The position numbers and the translations under genes were made by a program. 64,000 nt of DNA from an uncultured Prevotella sp. (GTDB taxonomy: Bacteria; Bacteroidota; Bacteroidia; Bacteroidales; Bacteroidaceae), in NCBI GenBank assembly GCA_938028745.1, contig CALIZL010000019.1:47193-111192 (forward strand), in the 5' to 3' direction. Under the pieces are notes generated by a model. That model was not told the origin of the DNA. It was given only the letters and a program-made list of their open reading frames with translations, and did not search any database. Shown here piece by piece: positions 40,018 through 49,794 of this stretch. Within the stretch, counting starts at the first letter, position 1, and each line of letters begins with the position of its first letter.

Positions 40018-41070
40018 TTAGGCGTTATTCTTCTTAGCGTCTTGGATAAGTACGTGGATGCTGGTAAGTACGATAGCAAAGAACATAAAACCCAAAACGA
40101 TGGTCATACGCTTAGGCCCATCCTTCTTCAACGGCACGGTTGCGGGCTGTATCTGCGTAAAGGCGGGTGTGCGTTCTTGCACTTTGGCACGTGCCATCTG
40201 CAACTGCTGGCTCGTTTGGTTGTAGATGTTGTATCGCAGTTGCATCTCGTTTTCCAGCTCGTCTTGCTTTGCCTTGAACGATTGGAGAATGAGATCGGTG
40301 TTGGCATCCGAGTAATTACCGAACGTTTGCTGTGCCTTAATGTACTGCGCCTTCGCCTCGGAGAACAGCTTTTGCGAGTAGACCAAGTCGTTACGGGCTT
40401 TCTTGGTTCGGTAATTGGTTACATACTGCTGCATCTTAGTCTGCACGGTGTCTGCAAGCGAGGCAGAGATGAGCGCATCCTGTGCCGTTACAGATATGGT
40501 AATGATGTTCGTTTTCTTATCTACGCTGCATGTAACCATGTTCTCCACTTGGTGCAATATGCCCTCTTGTTCTTCCGTCAAGCGAAAGTTATTCACCTTT
40601 ATCTGGGCCTCACCTGAGCCCTTGGAAGAGAACAAACCCAAAATGCCTTGCAGGATTTTGTCCCACCAAGGCACCTTTTGGTGCGAGAGCAGATAGTTGT
40701 AAAGGGGCATTTCTTTTACTTCTCCATCCAAAGAAGTAACCTTCACGTTGAACATGCTCGTGAGAAAAGGGGTGGAATTGATGATTTGCGGATATATTTC
40801 AGGGTATATGGCGTCTACGGAGCTGCCGCCTTTACCCAAATTTACGCCCACCATTGATGCAATGTCGCTTAGACTTTCGGACATGCTGCTACTGTTGGAT
40901 ATTTCAGGAGCGAGTACAACTTTTGTTTTATAGGTCTTGGGTATGCTGAAAGCCACCACAGCCCCAACCACAAAGGCAACGCCGCACGACAATCCAAACA
41001 GCCGTTTGTTCTTCCAAAGGGTCTTCATGATAGCCAAAAGGTCTATCTTGTCTTTTGTATTATTCTCCAT
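40018..41070 (-). CDS. Wzz-like polysaccharide chain-length determinant protein
   Basis: The 350-aa ORF has an N-terminal TM (LFGLSCGVAFVVGAVVAFSIP), a coiled-coil periplasmic region and a C-terminal TM (IVLGFMFFAIVLTSIHVLI). Confidence 0.8.
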   Translation of the reverse strand: MENNTKDKIDLLAIMKTLWKNKRLFGLSCGVAFVVGAVVAFSIPKTYKTKVVLAPEISNSSSMSESLSDIASMVGVNLGKGGSSVDAIYPEIYPQIINSTPFLTSMFNVKVTSLDGEVKEMPLYNYLLSHQKVPWWDKILQGILGLFSSKGSGEAQIKVNNFRLTEEQEGILHQVENMVTCSVDKKTNIITISVTAQDALISASLADTVQTKMQQYVTNYRTKKARNDLVYSQKLFSEAKAQYIKAQQTFGNYSDANTDLILQSFKAKQDELENEMQLRYNIYNQTSQQLQMARAKVQERTPAFTQIQPATVPLKKDGPKRMTIVLGFMFFAIVLTSIHVLIQDAKKNNA

Positions 41071-41082
41071 TGCCTATATACT

Positions 41083-43620
41083 TTACTTCATCAAATTAGC
41101 AATCGTGGCTATCAGCGTGGCCAGGCCGGCCATAGTTGTACCTACGGAGAGCCATTGGGTAAGTGCCTTGCCGTTGTTTTCGGGTTTGGTGGGCACCACT
41201 ATCTCGCAACCGGGAAGTATCTTGGCGTTATGCCCCACGCGAGCCACGGTTCCGTTCATATATATAATATAGGTGTTGCTTTTCTTAGAACGGTTTCCAA
41301 AGCCACCTGCTTGATTGATGTACCATGCAGGACGACGGCCTTTCTCGTAGGCCACCGTATTGGGATACATCACGTTTCCGCTAATCTTCACCGTTCCGTT
41401 GTATTCGGGAACGATAAGCTTATCGCCTTCGCGCAACACAAGGTCGGCATCGCCACCCGGTTCTGCCAATGCCTTTTCCAGTTCGATACCCACATAATAG
41501 GTGTCGCCAAGGTCTAGGCGTTTCTTTTCCACCGAGTCTTTCTTGCCGCTTTGCATCTCGGCCAAGCGCAAAACGGTTTCCATGCGAAGCCGTTCATCGG
41601 GCGTAATGCGTCGTTCTAGCCGCGCACCGCGAACATAAGCCAAGTCGGTTACGCCGCCAGCTCGCCTAATGGCATCGCTAAGGCGTTCGTTCTTGCTCGT
41701 AAGCGTGTAGGTTCCTGCGAACATCACCTGACCTTGCACGGCAATATTCTTCTGTACATTGTAGCCGGGGCTCTTTCGTACATACACTTCGTCGAAGGGT
41801 TGCAGCGTAAATCCTGTTTCGCCGTCTACCACAAAGCCGTCTTTAAGGGCGAAAGTGTAGGTGCGCGAAATCACGGAATCGGTACTCAGAGCCTTAGGGT
41901 TGACGATGCGCCGAGCCACATCCACCTTAGTTGTAGATGCCGACTCTTTCAGTCCGCCCGCTTGCAGTACCAAGTCTTCTAGCGTTTCGTTGGCGGCAAA
42001 CTTGTATATGCCAGGATACATCACCTCGCCATGTATGGTTACCGTTTGTTGTTGCATCATCTCGCCCTTTGTGGGAACAAACAGCACGTCGTTCTTTTGC
42101 AGGGGAATGTCGGCCACCTTGCCGCTCATAATGCCTTCAATGTCTACGGGTATTACCTCCAAAGTGCGGTCGGGGCGCATGCGATGCATCACCGCGCGTG
42201 CCGTAAAAGCCTCTTCGGTGATACCTTCGGCGTGTTCAATCAGCGTGCGAACGCTGTTGATAGAACCGCCAACCTGGTACATGCCAGGGCGGAACACGGC
42301 TCCTTTCACTTCGGCCATATTCGAAAAGCGCGGCAAAATGGAGTCGACACTAACCGAATCTTCATCGGCTAAGTGAAAGGTATTAAGGTCGAACTCGTCT
42401 ACATTAAACACCGAATACTCGCGCCCTGTCTTTCTCACCAGCCTAACTGTCTTAGTATAGGCATCGCCCGTAAAGCCGCCAGCGTATTTCAGCAGCGTTC
42501 CCACACTCTCGTTACGTTTCATTTCATAGAACATGGGGCGTTTCACCTTACCCGTAATGTTCACCAAACAGTCGTATGCGCCAACCACAACCACGTCGTT
42601 GTCGGCCAATCGCACGTTACCCGTTAGTTTGCCGTTCAATATATAGTCGTAGATGTCTACTACCGTAACCAGCTTGTTTTGCCGATACACTTTGATGTTA
42701 CGCAGCGTTCCTAAGTCGTTTATGCCGCCAGCCATGTATAAGGCGTGGAAAACCGATGCAAAAGCCGATAGTGTATAGGTACCCGGCTGTTTCACTTCGC
42801 CCATCACGTTCACCATGATGGTGCGCGTTTGACCCACAGTTAAGCGCACACGCGAACTGCTATAACGCGACCCCAGCGTAGAACGCAGGCGCGCATTGGC
42901 CTCGGCCACGGTAAGTCCGCTCACCTGTACAGGCCCGAAACCTTCGATAATTACGTCGCCATCGGGCGAAATAGTAGTCTGTTCCGACTTCTGCGATGCA
43001 CCATAGATGTCGATGTTAACCGCATCGCCAGGCCCCAGCCGATAGTTTTGGGGTGTGGCGATATTCATATTGGGTTCAAACGACAGGTCTTTGCGATTGA
43101 AGATGTCGCGCCCGAACACTTTCTTGGGCATCTTGCCCACGTATATTTTCAGTTTCTCACGGTCTCGTTGTGTGGCCGAGTCGGGCAAAAAATCGTCCAA
43201 CTCTTGCTGCATCAGCCTATGTTCGGCCGTGTTGCGTTGTTTTGTTGGCAGGTCGCGCTCATCTTGTTGCACGCCTTTCACCATCATATTGTTTTTCTCG
43301 TTCTTCTCTTCTTTCTTGTTTTCGCCGTTATTCTTTCGCATACGGCCGTCTTCAAGTTTGCTTTCCTTGTCGGTGCTATTGCTCACTTGCCCTAGTCCCT
43401 TATCTTTGGCCACACGTTCGTATGCTTTCTTAACGCGCCTTATCTGCTGAATATCTACGCCACGCTGCATCAGCTTGGTTACTATTTGGGTCTGCGAGGT
43501 GCCTGCCTCGTGCTCTTTAAGTACAAATTGCATCACTTGCGAGTCGGTCATAGACGATTGCGCCCTTAGCCCAAGCGAGCAAAGGGTCATCAGCAGCACA
43601 AGTAAAAGACTTCTTTTCAT
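41083..43620 (-). CDS. Wza-like polysaccharide export outer-membrane protein (multi-SLBB/Poly_export domain, Bacteroidetes long form)
   Basis: The 845-aa ORF has a signal peptide and repeated SLBB-like units (LGPGDAVNIDIYG..., DVVVVGAY..., NDVLFVP...). The C-terminal TM helix (TMAGLATLIATIANLM) is typical for Wza. Confidence 0.85.
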   Translation of the reverse strand: MKRSLLLVLLMTLCSLGLRAQSSMTDSQVMQFVLKEHEAGTSQTQIVTKLMQRGVDIQQIRRVKKAYERVAKDKGLGQVSNSTDKESKLEDGRMRKNNGENKKEEKNEKNNMMVKGVQQDERDLPTKQRNTAEHRLMQQELDDFLPDSATQRDREKLKIYVGKMPKKVFGRDIFNRKDLSFEPNMNIATPQNYRLGPGDAVNIDIYGASQKSEQTTISPDGDVIIEGFGPVQVSGLTVAEANARLRSTLGSRYSSSRVRLTVGQTRTIMVNVMGEVKQPGTYTLSAFASVFHALYMAGGINDLGTLRNIKVYRQNKLVTVVDIYDYILNGKLTGNVRLADNDVVVVGAYDCLVNITGKVKRPMFYEMKRNESVGTLLKYAGGFTGDAYTKTVRLVRKTGREYSVFNVDEFDLNTFHLADEDSVSVDSILPRFSNMAEVKGAVFRPGMYQVGGSINSVRTLIEHAEGITEEAFTARAVMHRMRPDRTLEVIPVDIEGIMSGKVADIPLQKNDVLFVPTKGEMMQQQTVTIHGEVMYPGIYKFAANETLEDLVLQAGGLKESASTTKVDVARRIVNPKALSTDSVISRTYTFALKDGFVVDGETGFTLQPFDEVYVRKSPGYNVQKNIAVQGQVMFAGTYTLTSKNERLSDAIRRAGGVTDLAYVRGARLERRITPDERLRMETVLRLAEMQSGKKDSVEKKRLDLGDTYYVGIELEKALAEPGGDADLVLREGDKLIVPEYNGTVKISGNVMYPNTVAYEKGRRPAWYINQAGGFGNRSKKSNTYIIYMNGTVARVGHNAKILPGCEIVVPTKPENNGKALTQWLSVGTTMAGLATLIATIANLMK

Positions 43621-43996
43621 CTCCCGTTTTTATATTTTACTTCATAAGCAAGCGGTCGTGCCTTGGGGTCACACATATATATAATAATGTGCGCCCCCAT
43701 TTTCGGCTGCCACTGCAACGTATTTTTGTTTGTCCTAATTGTAAAAGCTCTTTGGCTTGTTTCTATCTGTGTTGGCTAGTGCATAGCCTTTATTTAAACT
43801 CGTTATGAGGTGTTTTATTGCATGCCCCACTCATAAAAAATGTTTGTCTGGCGTTTCTTACTCCTTACAGATAACCGTCAAGGCACTTGCCTTGTACTTT
43901 TCGCAGACAATGCAAAGATACGAATAAAAAGTTGCTTTCCTATTCCTTAACCTGCATTTTTGCATTTGTCGCAACGTCTATACACAGGCCATGGGC

Positions 43997-44488
43997 CTAA
44001 AACTTAACGAAATGCAACCTACATTTGCGCGAACTTAGAACCATCCGCGAAGTAGTTAGATTATCAATCTTGAAATGTTCGTTAAGGCTGTTTACACCAT
44101 AGTGCAGCAGGATTTCTGTATTTTCTAATGGTTTGTCTCCATTCTCGCGGTCGTAAAGATAGGGTTCCGAAAGCAACAAGCTGTCGCCCTGCCTTTCAAA
44201 GCGCAGCAAACATTTGCTTATTTTTCCGTCAACATCTCTCAATTCAATCAGTTTGTGTTGAATGGCCCAAAACAGACGCTTACCCTGCATCGTATTTACG
44301 CCGCCCGTGCCAATGCTATCTATCTGTTGCAAACGCCAATAGCCGTCTAGTTTCTTGTTGCGCGAAGTTTCTAACTCGCAACTGCCAAGCAAAGCCAGCA
44401 TCATCAGTGCCATGCCAACAAATTGCATCAAGCCCTTACGCCTGCGTATCTTCGTATTCTGTGTCATGTTGTTTGTCTTACCTTTCAT
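43997..44488 (-). CDS. Lipocalin-like domain lipoprotein (hypothetical)
   Basis: The 163-aa ORF has a lipoprotein signal (LMMLALLGSCELE) followed by DGYWRLQQID, which is typical of Bacteroidales lipocalin-like proteins. Confidence 0.55.
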   Translation of the reverse strand: MKGKTNNMTQNTKIRRRKGLMQFVGMALMMLALLGSCELETSRNKKLDGYWRLQQIDSIGTGGVNTMQGKRLFWAIQHKLIELRDVDGKISKCLLRFERQGDSLLLSEPYLYDRENGDKPLENTEILLHYGVNSLNEHFKIDNLTTSRMVLSSRKCRLHFVKF

Positions 44489-46068
44489 TTAAACAGCCCT
44501 TTCTTAGCCACGGTTAGCTGCACGCCCCACTTGTTACCCAATATCCGTCCCATGTCTGCGCCCACTGCGGCAGCCACATTCCAGTCGTTGCGCAGTTCGT
44601 ACTTGCCTTCTAGCATCAGGCTAACGTTATGTTCTTTCTTCTCGAAGGGGTCAGAATAAGTGCCAAGTCCATTTTGATAAGTGGCAAGGAAACGATAACT
44701 CAATTCGTCTGTGGGCTTTCCCCCGATGCCAAGATGCCAAGCCACAAAGCGGTTGTTGGCCACATTGATGTTGCCATTGGTGTTATAAATGGGCGAACGA
44801 TAAAGCGGATTGCCCATTACCTGCCCCCAATGCTGCCAGCCCGTATAGATGTAGTGGTTGTAATAATTGTCTTGTCCGCCCAAGTGGTCGGCAATGGTGT
44901 TGGTGTGGTCGTGGTAGATAGGGCCGCTTTGGTATTTGGTGTAAAGGTATTCAAGCACCACATCGGTAATCCATCGTCCGTATTTAAAGTTCAGTTCCGC
45001 CCCAAGCATCCAGTCTTTAAGGTCGTAAACAAAAAAGCGGCGTTTCTTTTTCTGTAACCATTCGTCGCCCGTACCATATCCGTCATAGTCTAGTTGCAAC
45101 ATCGACGAATGGTCTTCGAAGTACTTGTCGGCATAAACAGAAAACCGCCATGTGTCTGCATCGTAGTTCACCCGTGCCAACCATGCGCCAAGTTGGTTGC
45201 CTTCGGCGTTTTGGTAGGTTGTTTCACCAACATCGGCGCCACCTGGCAAGAAGGCCTTTACAAACGATTTAAGCCCCGTTCTGCCACGAATAATCCTCAC
45301 CTTGCCATCGTCCAGCAGCTCATAAGACGTGCCACCAAAGGTGGATGCCATTTCCAAGCCCAGTTCTAACGACAGCGGAGCGAACCGTTCGGGGTTGCCA
45401 ATCATAATATAGCCTGCCTTACTGTGGTAAAGCACGTTCTCGGTATATAGGTGCTGTTGACCTGTAAAACGTTTCTGCCAATTGTCGTCGGTCGTTTCTC
45501 CGTATGCCACGTGGCCTTTAAGGTGCAACCATCCATTGCCAAAAGGCAGTGTCCAATAATTGGGTAAAGCCAAACGCACCTGCGGAACGGGGCGCGCATT
45601 GATGCCAAGCAACTGCGAACCACTGCTTAAAGCATTGTTTTTCAATTCCATGTTGTGGCGTTTGCTGCCGATGGTGAGCGTGGCATGCAGCCAACGAGCC
45701 TGCACAAAGGCTTGGTCTACTACTATCCTGCTTGTGAAGCCTTGCGTTAGTGCCACATTCAGCCCATAACCCATCCCCCACCTGCGAACAGAGTCGGTGC
45801 TTAGCGGGCGTTCGATACCAGCCAGTAAATATCCATTGGTCTTTTCCAGCGAACTTAGTCCGTGTTTGTTGGCGTTTAGCCAAAGGGGTGTTTGTCCACT
45901 CGATTGCGTGGCTTGCACCTCAACGCTATACCCCAGCCCCTTGCCAAGCTTTATCTTTCCGTGCTCGTTTCCCTCGCGCCATGCCTGGGCCTGTGCAGTG
46001 AACGCAGGCGTAATGCACGCCAACAGGAAAGCGGTAAAATAATGTTTCATACTTTCTAAGTAACGCAA
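44485..46068 (-). CDS. Capsule-assembly Wzi-family-like outer-membrane β-barrel protein (tentative)
   Basis: The 527-aa ORF has a signal peptide (FTAFLLACITPAFTAQAQA) and an aromatic-rich β-barrel-like composition. It lies adjacent to the polysaccharide locus. The call is tentative. Confidence 0.45.
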   Translation of the reverse strand: MRYLESMKHYFTAFLLACITPAFTAQAQAWREGNEHGKIKLGKGLGYSVEVQATQSSGQTPLWLNANKHGLSSLEKTNGYLLAGIERPLSTDSVRRWGMGYGLNVALTQGFTSRIVVDQAFVQARWLHATLTIGSKRHNMELKNNALSSGSQLLGINARPVPQVRLALPNYWTLPFGNGWLHLKGHVAYGETTDDNWQKRFTGQQHLYTENVLYHSKAGYIMIGNPERFAPLSLELGLEMASTFGGTSYELLDDGKVRIIRGRTGLKSFVKAFLPGGADVGETTYQNAEGNQLGAWLARVNYDADTWRFSVYADKYFEDHSSMLQLDYDGYGTGDEWLQKKKRRFFVYDLKDWMLGAELNFKYGRWITDVVLEYLYTKYQSGPIYHDHTNTIADHLGGQDNYYNHYIYTGWQHWGQVMGNPLYRSPIYNTNGNINVANNRFVAWHLGIGGKPTDELSYRFLATYQNGLGTYSDPFEKKEHNVSLMLEGKYELRNDWNVAAAVGADMGRILGNKWGVQLTVAKKGLFK

Positions 46069-46287
46069 AACGTTTAATATTATTTTATAACTCTTGCATT
46101 TTCTTGCCTAATATTAAGCATCAGACGCATTCTAGCATCATTCCATAATCTGCCATTGATGGATTTCTAACCCCACTCCACAACTTCGTTCTATACGCAA
46201 TGCATTCCACAAAACTGCGAAAACGGCTGTACCACAGAACAAAAGTCGCCTCCTTTTGGCCATCAACACTGGTTATGGACGCGTACC

Positions 46288-47790
46288 TCACTTTCTTGCT
46301 ATGCTATCAAGCCAATCAAATAGCTCATGCAAAGCATAATCACCGCTGTGCGGACGGTTCCAAGCCAGCAGATAATTAACGTTTCTGCCAGCGTTTTTCA
46401 ACTTCATGGCCAAATTAAGGGGTATGGGGAATGCCGTGTCGCGATCTATTGCCCCATGCCGTATATACCAATATGGGGCATTGGTGGCTTTCTCGGAGCC
46501 AATCTGCTGCATGGGATTGAGCAACAGTTCATTGGCAACAACGCCCTCAGAGAGTTTCGAACCGCCCTTTGATGCCGAATAAGTTGTGAAATTGGCTGGT
46601 TTGTTGCTGGTATCACCAAACTCATCATTCTCACCAGTTGCCACCCCATTTGCTACACCAAGAGCATCAAACGCAGGAACACCCTTCAATGGTGTTTTCT
46701 TGGTCACATAATTCAAGTATTTAGACAAGTCTAGGTCAACCACATACTCCCCCATGTGCATAGGTGCTGGCATACGTCTGGGCGACCCTTGCGCCATGCC
46801 ATCAGCAATTTTCTGAGTAGGCATCACCCCACCATCCAGTGGTGCAAACGTCCCTTTTTCTTTATTAAACGAGAATCCGATGCTGTCTGGAATCTCTGCC
46901 CCGGCATCTTTGGCCAATTGTGCCGAACGGATAAGTTCGCTTTTGATAAAATCACGGTAGTTGTCAGCCGTAAGAGGCGTACCATCTTCTAGTTTCAACC
47001 CGAGTGACTTTTGATATTCAGGGAACAATAAGGCCAGTTCTTTGCTTACCTCGCGATGAATTTCGTCGTTACCTTGACGTGATTTAGTGTCACTATACAG
47101 CCACTCGTAAGCCATATCGGCATGGGCAAGGTCGGTTATGGGACAGAAACACACGGCTGCAAAAATGTCATCACGTTCTTTGGCTGCCCCCATCTCGTCG
47201 AGCAACGGTTCATACACAGCGTTGTTACCCGATGCACCAAGCAAGGCCGACAACGCCCCACCTGCCGAAGTGCCATCAGAAATAATCTTCTCGGCATCTC
47301 CTGGCATTTGCTCGTCGAAATGTCGAAGGTAGCGTACAGCAGCTTTCAGGTCAAGTATAGCAGCGGGAGCTTTGCCATTATACACTTTTTTCTTACCATA
47401 CATAACGAACGAAGTGCGCCCCCTTACCCCCGGAAGGGCTACCACATAGCCACGAAACAACGCCATGCCTGTGGCATCTCCAGCCGAAACGTTGCCTGGG
47501 CGAGCAGGCATATAACCACCCACATTGTTTTTAAGAAAGATAGGCGAATGCTGATTGGCACCCTCTGGCACATATACGTTCATATATTGATAAGTGGTAT
47601 CGGCCACACAAGTAACATAGCATAAGCCTTCGTAAGCCTTATACTTCACCGTCTGGCCTGTGGCCAAGGTCAAAGTGCGCTCCACTCCCTTACTCGCATC
47701 AAAGTTCAATGCATTATTTACTTGACGCTTAGCTCCTGTTGCACTTGCTGCACAAGCAGCGAATGCCATCGTTAAAAACATTTCTTTCAT
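46288..47790 (-). CDS. Secreted α/β-hydrolase-fold esterase
   Basis: The 500-aa ORF has a signal peptide and the nucleophile elbow DGTSAGG of α/β hydrolases. Confidence 0.7.
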   Translation of the reverse strand: MKEMFLTMAFAACAASATGAKRQVNNALNFDASKGVERTLTLATGQTVKYKAYEGLCYVTCVADTTYQYMNVYVPEGANQHSPIFLKNNVGGYMPARPGNVSAGDATGMALFRGYVVALPGVRGRTSFVMYGKKKVYNGKAPAAILDLKAAVRYLRHFDEQMPGDAEKIISDGTSAGGALSALLGASGNNAVYEPLLDEMGAAKERDDIFAAVCFCPITDLAHADMAYEWLYSDTKSRQGNDEIHREVSKELALLFPEYQKSLGLKLEDGTPLTADNYRDFIKSELIRSAQLAKDAGAEIPDSIGFSFNKEKGTFAPLDGGVMPTQKIADGMAQGSPRRMPAPMHMGEYVVDLDLSKYLNYVTKKTPLKGVPAFDALGVANGVATGENDEFGDTSNKPANFTTYSASKGGSKLSEGVVANELLLNPMQQIGSEKATNAPYWYIRHGAIDRDTAFPIPLNLAMKLKNAGRNVNYLLAWNRPHSGDYALHELFDWLDSIARK

Positions 47791-48227
47791 TGTCCTCGCA
47801 GTTTACTGTTGGTTTTGTTGTTGGCCTTTGATGCACATGCTAGCGATACATTCTACTCATCTTTTGTTTTGTAGTACGACATTTTATTATCCTATTCATA
47901 CTGCGCATAACCAATCAAATGCAAATTTACGAATAAATAATGAAGGGAATGGCAAGGGCAAAGAAAACGTTTGAAGTTCCCAAAAAAACAAAACGATGAA
48001 CGCATGTATATGCCTATACCCCACCCTTTCAATCACCATGCAGCGTTAAAATGAAGAAAAAGTCCAGCTTTTTGTTGCGTTTTCAGAAATAATCAACTAA
48101 ATTTGCAGTGTCGGTATAGAATGCCGATACAGCCTTTACCTTGTCGCACAGATGCCTAATCTAGAAGAAGACATCGCGCCCTTGGCCTAGCTAAAAATGA
48201 ATTCACATAACTAAAAACCACATTACC

Positions 48228-49712
48228 ATGCCTGAACAATTCTCGCTTTACGTAATTATCGGCATTGCCGCTATTATTCTTGTACTTTTCTTGTTCGCGT
48301 CGTATGTCAAGGCTCCGCCCTCGTATGCTTACATCATATCGGGTCTTAGCCGCGAACCACGTGTGCTCATTGGTTCCGGAGGCTTCCGCATTCCATTCTT
48401 CGAGCGACTCGACCGCGTGTACCTAGGACAGATAACGGTAGACATTAAAACTGAAGAGAGCGTGCCAACAACCGACTTTATCAACGTTGATGTCGATGCG
48501 GTGGCAAAAATCAGAGTAACACCAAACGCAGAAGGTACACGCTTGGCTGCCAAAAACTTCCTCAACATGACGCCCATGATGATTGCCGAACAGCTGCAAG
48601 ACTCGCTGCAAGGCAACATGCGTGAGATTATCGGTACGCTAGACCTGCGCTCGCTAAACACCGACCGAGATGGTTTTTCAGACCAGGTGATGCAGAAAGC
48701 ACAACACGACATGGCCAAATTGGGTATCGAAATCATTTCGTGCAACATACAGAACGTTACCGATAAGGAAGGTCTGATACACGATTTGGGTGCCGACAAT
48801 ACCGCCAAGATTAAGAAAGACGCATCAATTAACCGCGCTATCGCCGAACGCGACGTGAAGATACAAGTGGCTCATGCCGACAAAGACGCCAACGACGCAC
48901 GCGTGGATGCCGATACGGCCATTGCGATGAAGAACAACGACTTGGCCTTGAAACGTGCCGAACTAAAACGACAGGCCGACACGGCGCAGGCCGATGCCGA
49001 TGCTGCATACTCCATCCAACAGCAAGAACAGCAGAAAACCATCAACATTAAGACGGTTGAGGCTGAGATTGAAAAGACCAAACGCCAACAAATTCTTTCG
49101 CAAGAACAAATCGTTATCCGCCAAAACGAACTGTCTGCCGAAGTGGAAAAACGTGCTGATGCGGAGAAATATCAAGTGCAGAAGAATGCAGAGGCCGACT
49201 TAGAACAGCGCAAGCGTATAGCCGAGGCCCAACGCTACGAGGCCGAACAGCAGGCTATGGCTCAAAACGCCGCATCGGATGCCACGCGCTATAAGCTGGA
49301 ACAAGAGGCACAAGGTATCAAGGCCAAGGGCGAGGCCGAGGCTTATGCCATCTTGAAGAAGGGTGAGGCCGAGGCACAAGCGATGGACAAGAAGGCCGAA
49401 GCCTATAAGAAGTATAACAATGCTGCCGTTGCCCAGATGATGATTGAGGTGTTGCCGCAGATTGTAGAGAATGTGGCCAAGCCCATCAGTGCAATTAAAG
49501 ACGTTAACATTTACAGCGGCGACGGCAACGGCATCAGCGCCATGAGCGGCAATGTGCCTGTGGCCATCAAGCAAGCGTTCGACGTATTGAAGTCGGCAAC
49601 TGGCGTAGACATGGCCGACATCATGAAGGCTGGTTCGATACAAGCCAAGACTACGAGGAACATCAACCTCAATGGTGAGGCACAAGAAGTGGTAGACGGG
49701 TTGAAAGATTAA
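48228..49712 (+). CDS. Flotillin-family (SPFH/band-7) membrane protein
   Basis: The 494-aa ORF has an N-terminal TM, an SPFH domain, and a long Ala/Glu/Lys/Gln-rich coiled-coil (EAEAQAMDKKAEAYKKY) typical of bacterial flotillin (YqiK/FloT). Confidence 0.85.
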   Translation: MPEQFSLYVIIGIAAIILVLFLFASYVKAPPSYAYIISGLSREPRVLIGSGGFRIPFFERLDRVYLGQITVDIKTEESVPTTDFINVDVDAVAKIRVTPNAEGTRLAAKNFLNMTPMMIAEQLQDSLQGNMREIIGTLDLRSLNTDRDGFSDQVMQKAQHDMAKLGIEIISCNIQNVTDKEGLIHDLGADNTAKIKKDASINRAIAERDVKIQVAHADKDANDARVDADTAIAMKNNDLALKRAELKRQADTAQADADAAYSIQQQEQQKTINIKTVEAEIEKTKRQQILSQEQIVIRQNELSAEVEKRADAEKYQVQKNAEADLEQRKRIAEAQRYEAEQQAMAQNAASDATRYKLEQEAQGIKAKGEAEAYAILKKGEAEAQAMDKKAEAYKKYNNAAVAQMMIEVLPQIVENVAKPISAIKDVNIYSGDGNGISAMSGNVPVAIKQAFDVLKSATGVDMADIMKAGSIQAKTTRNINLNGEAQEVVDGLKD

Positions 49713-49794
49713 CCATCACCACACCCTTTTTCACGTTCTTTTGAAAGTTGGCAGCTTTTGTTTCCAACGTTCAAAAGAACGTTTTTTGTTGAAT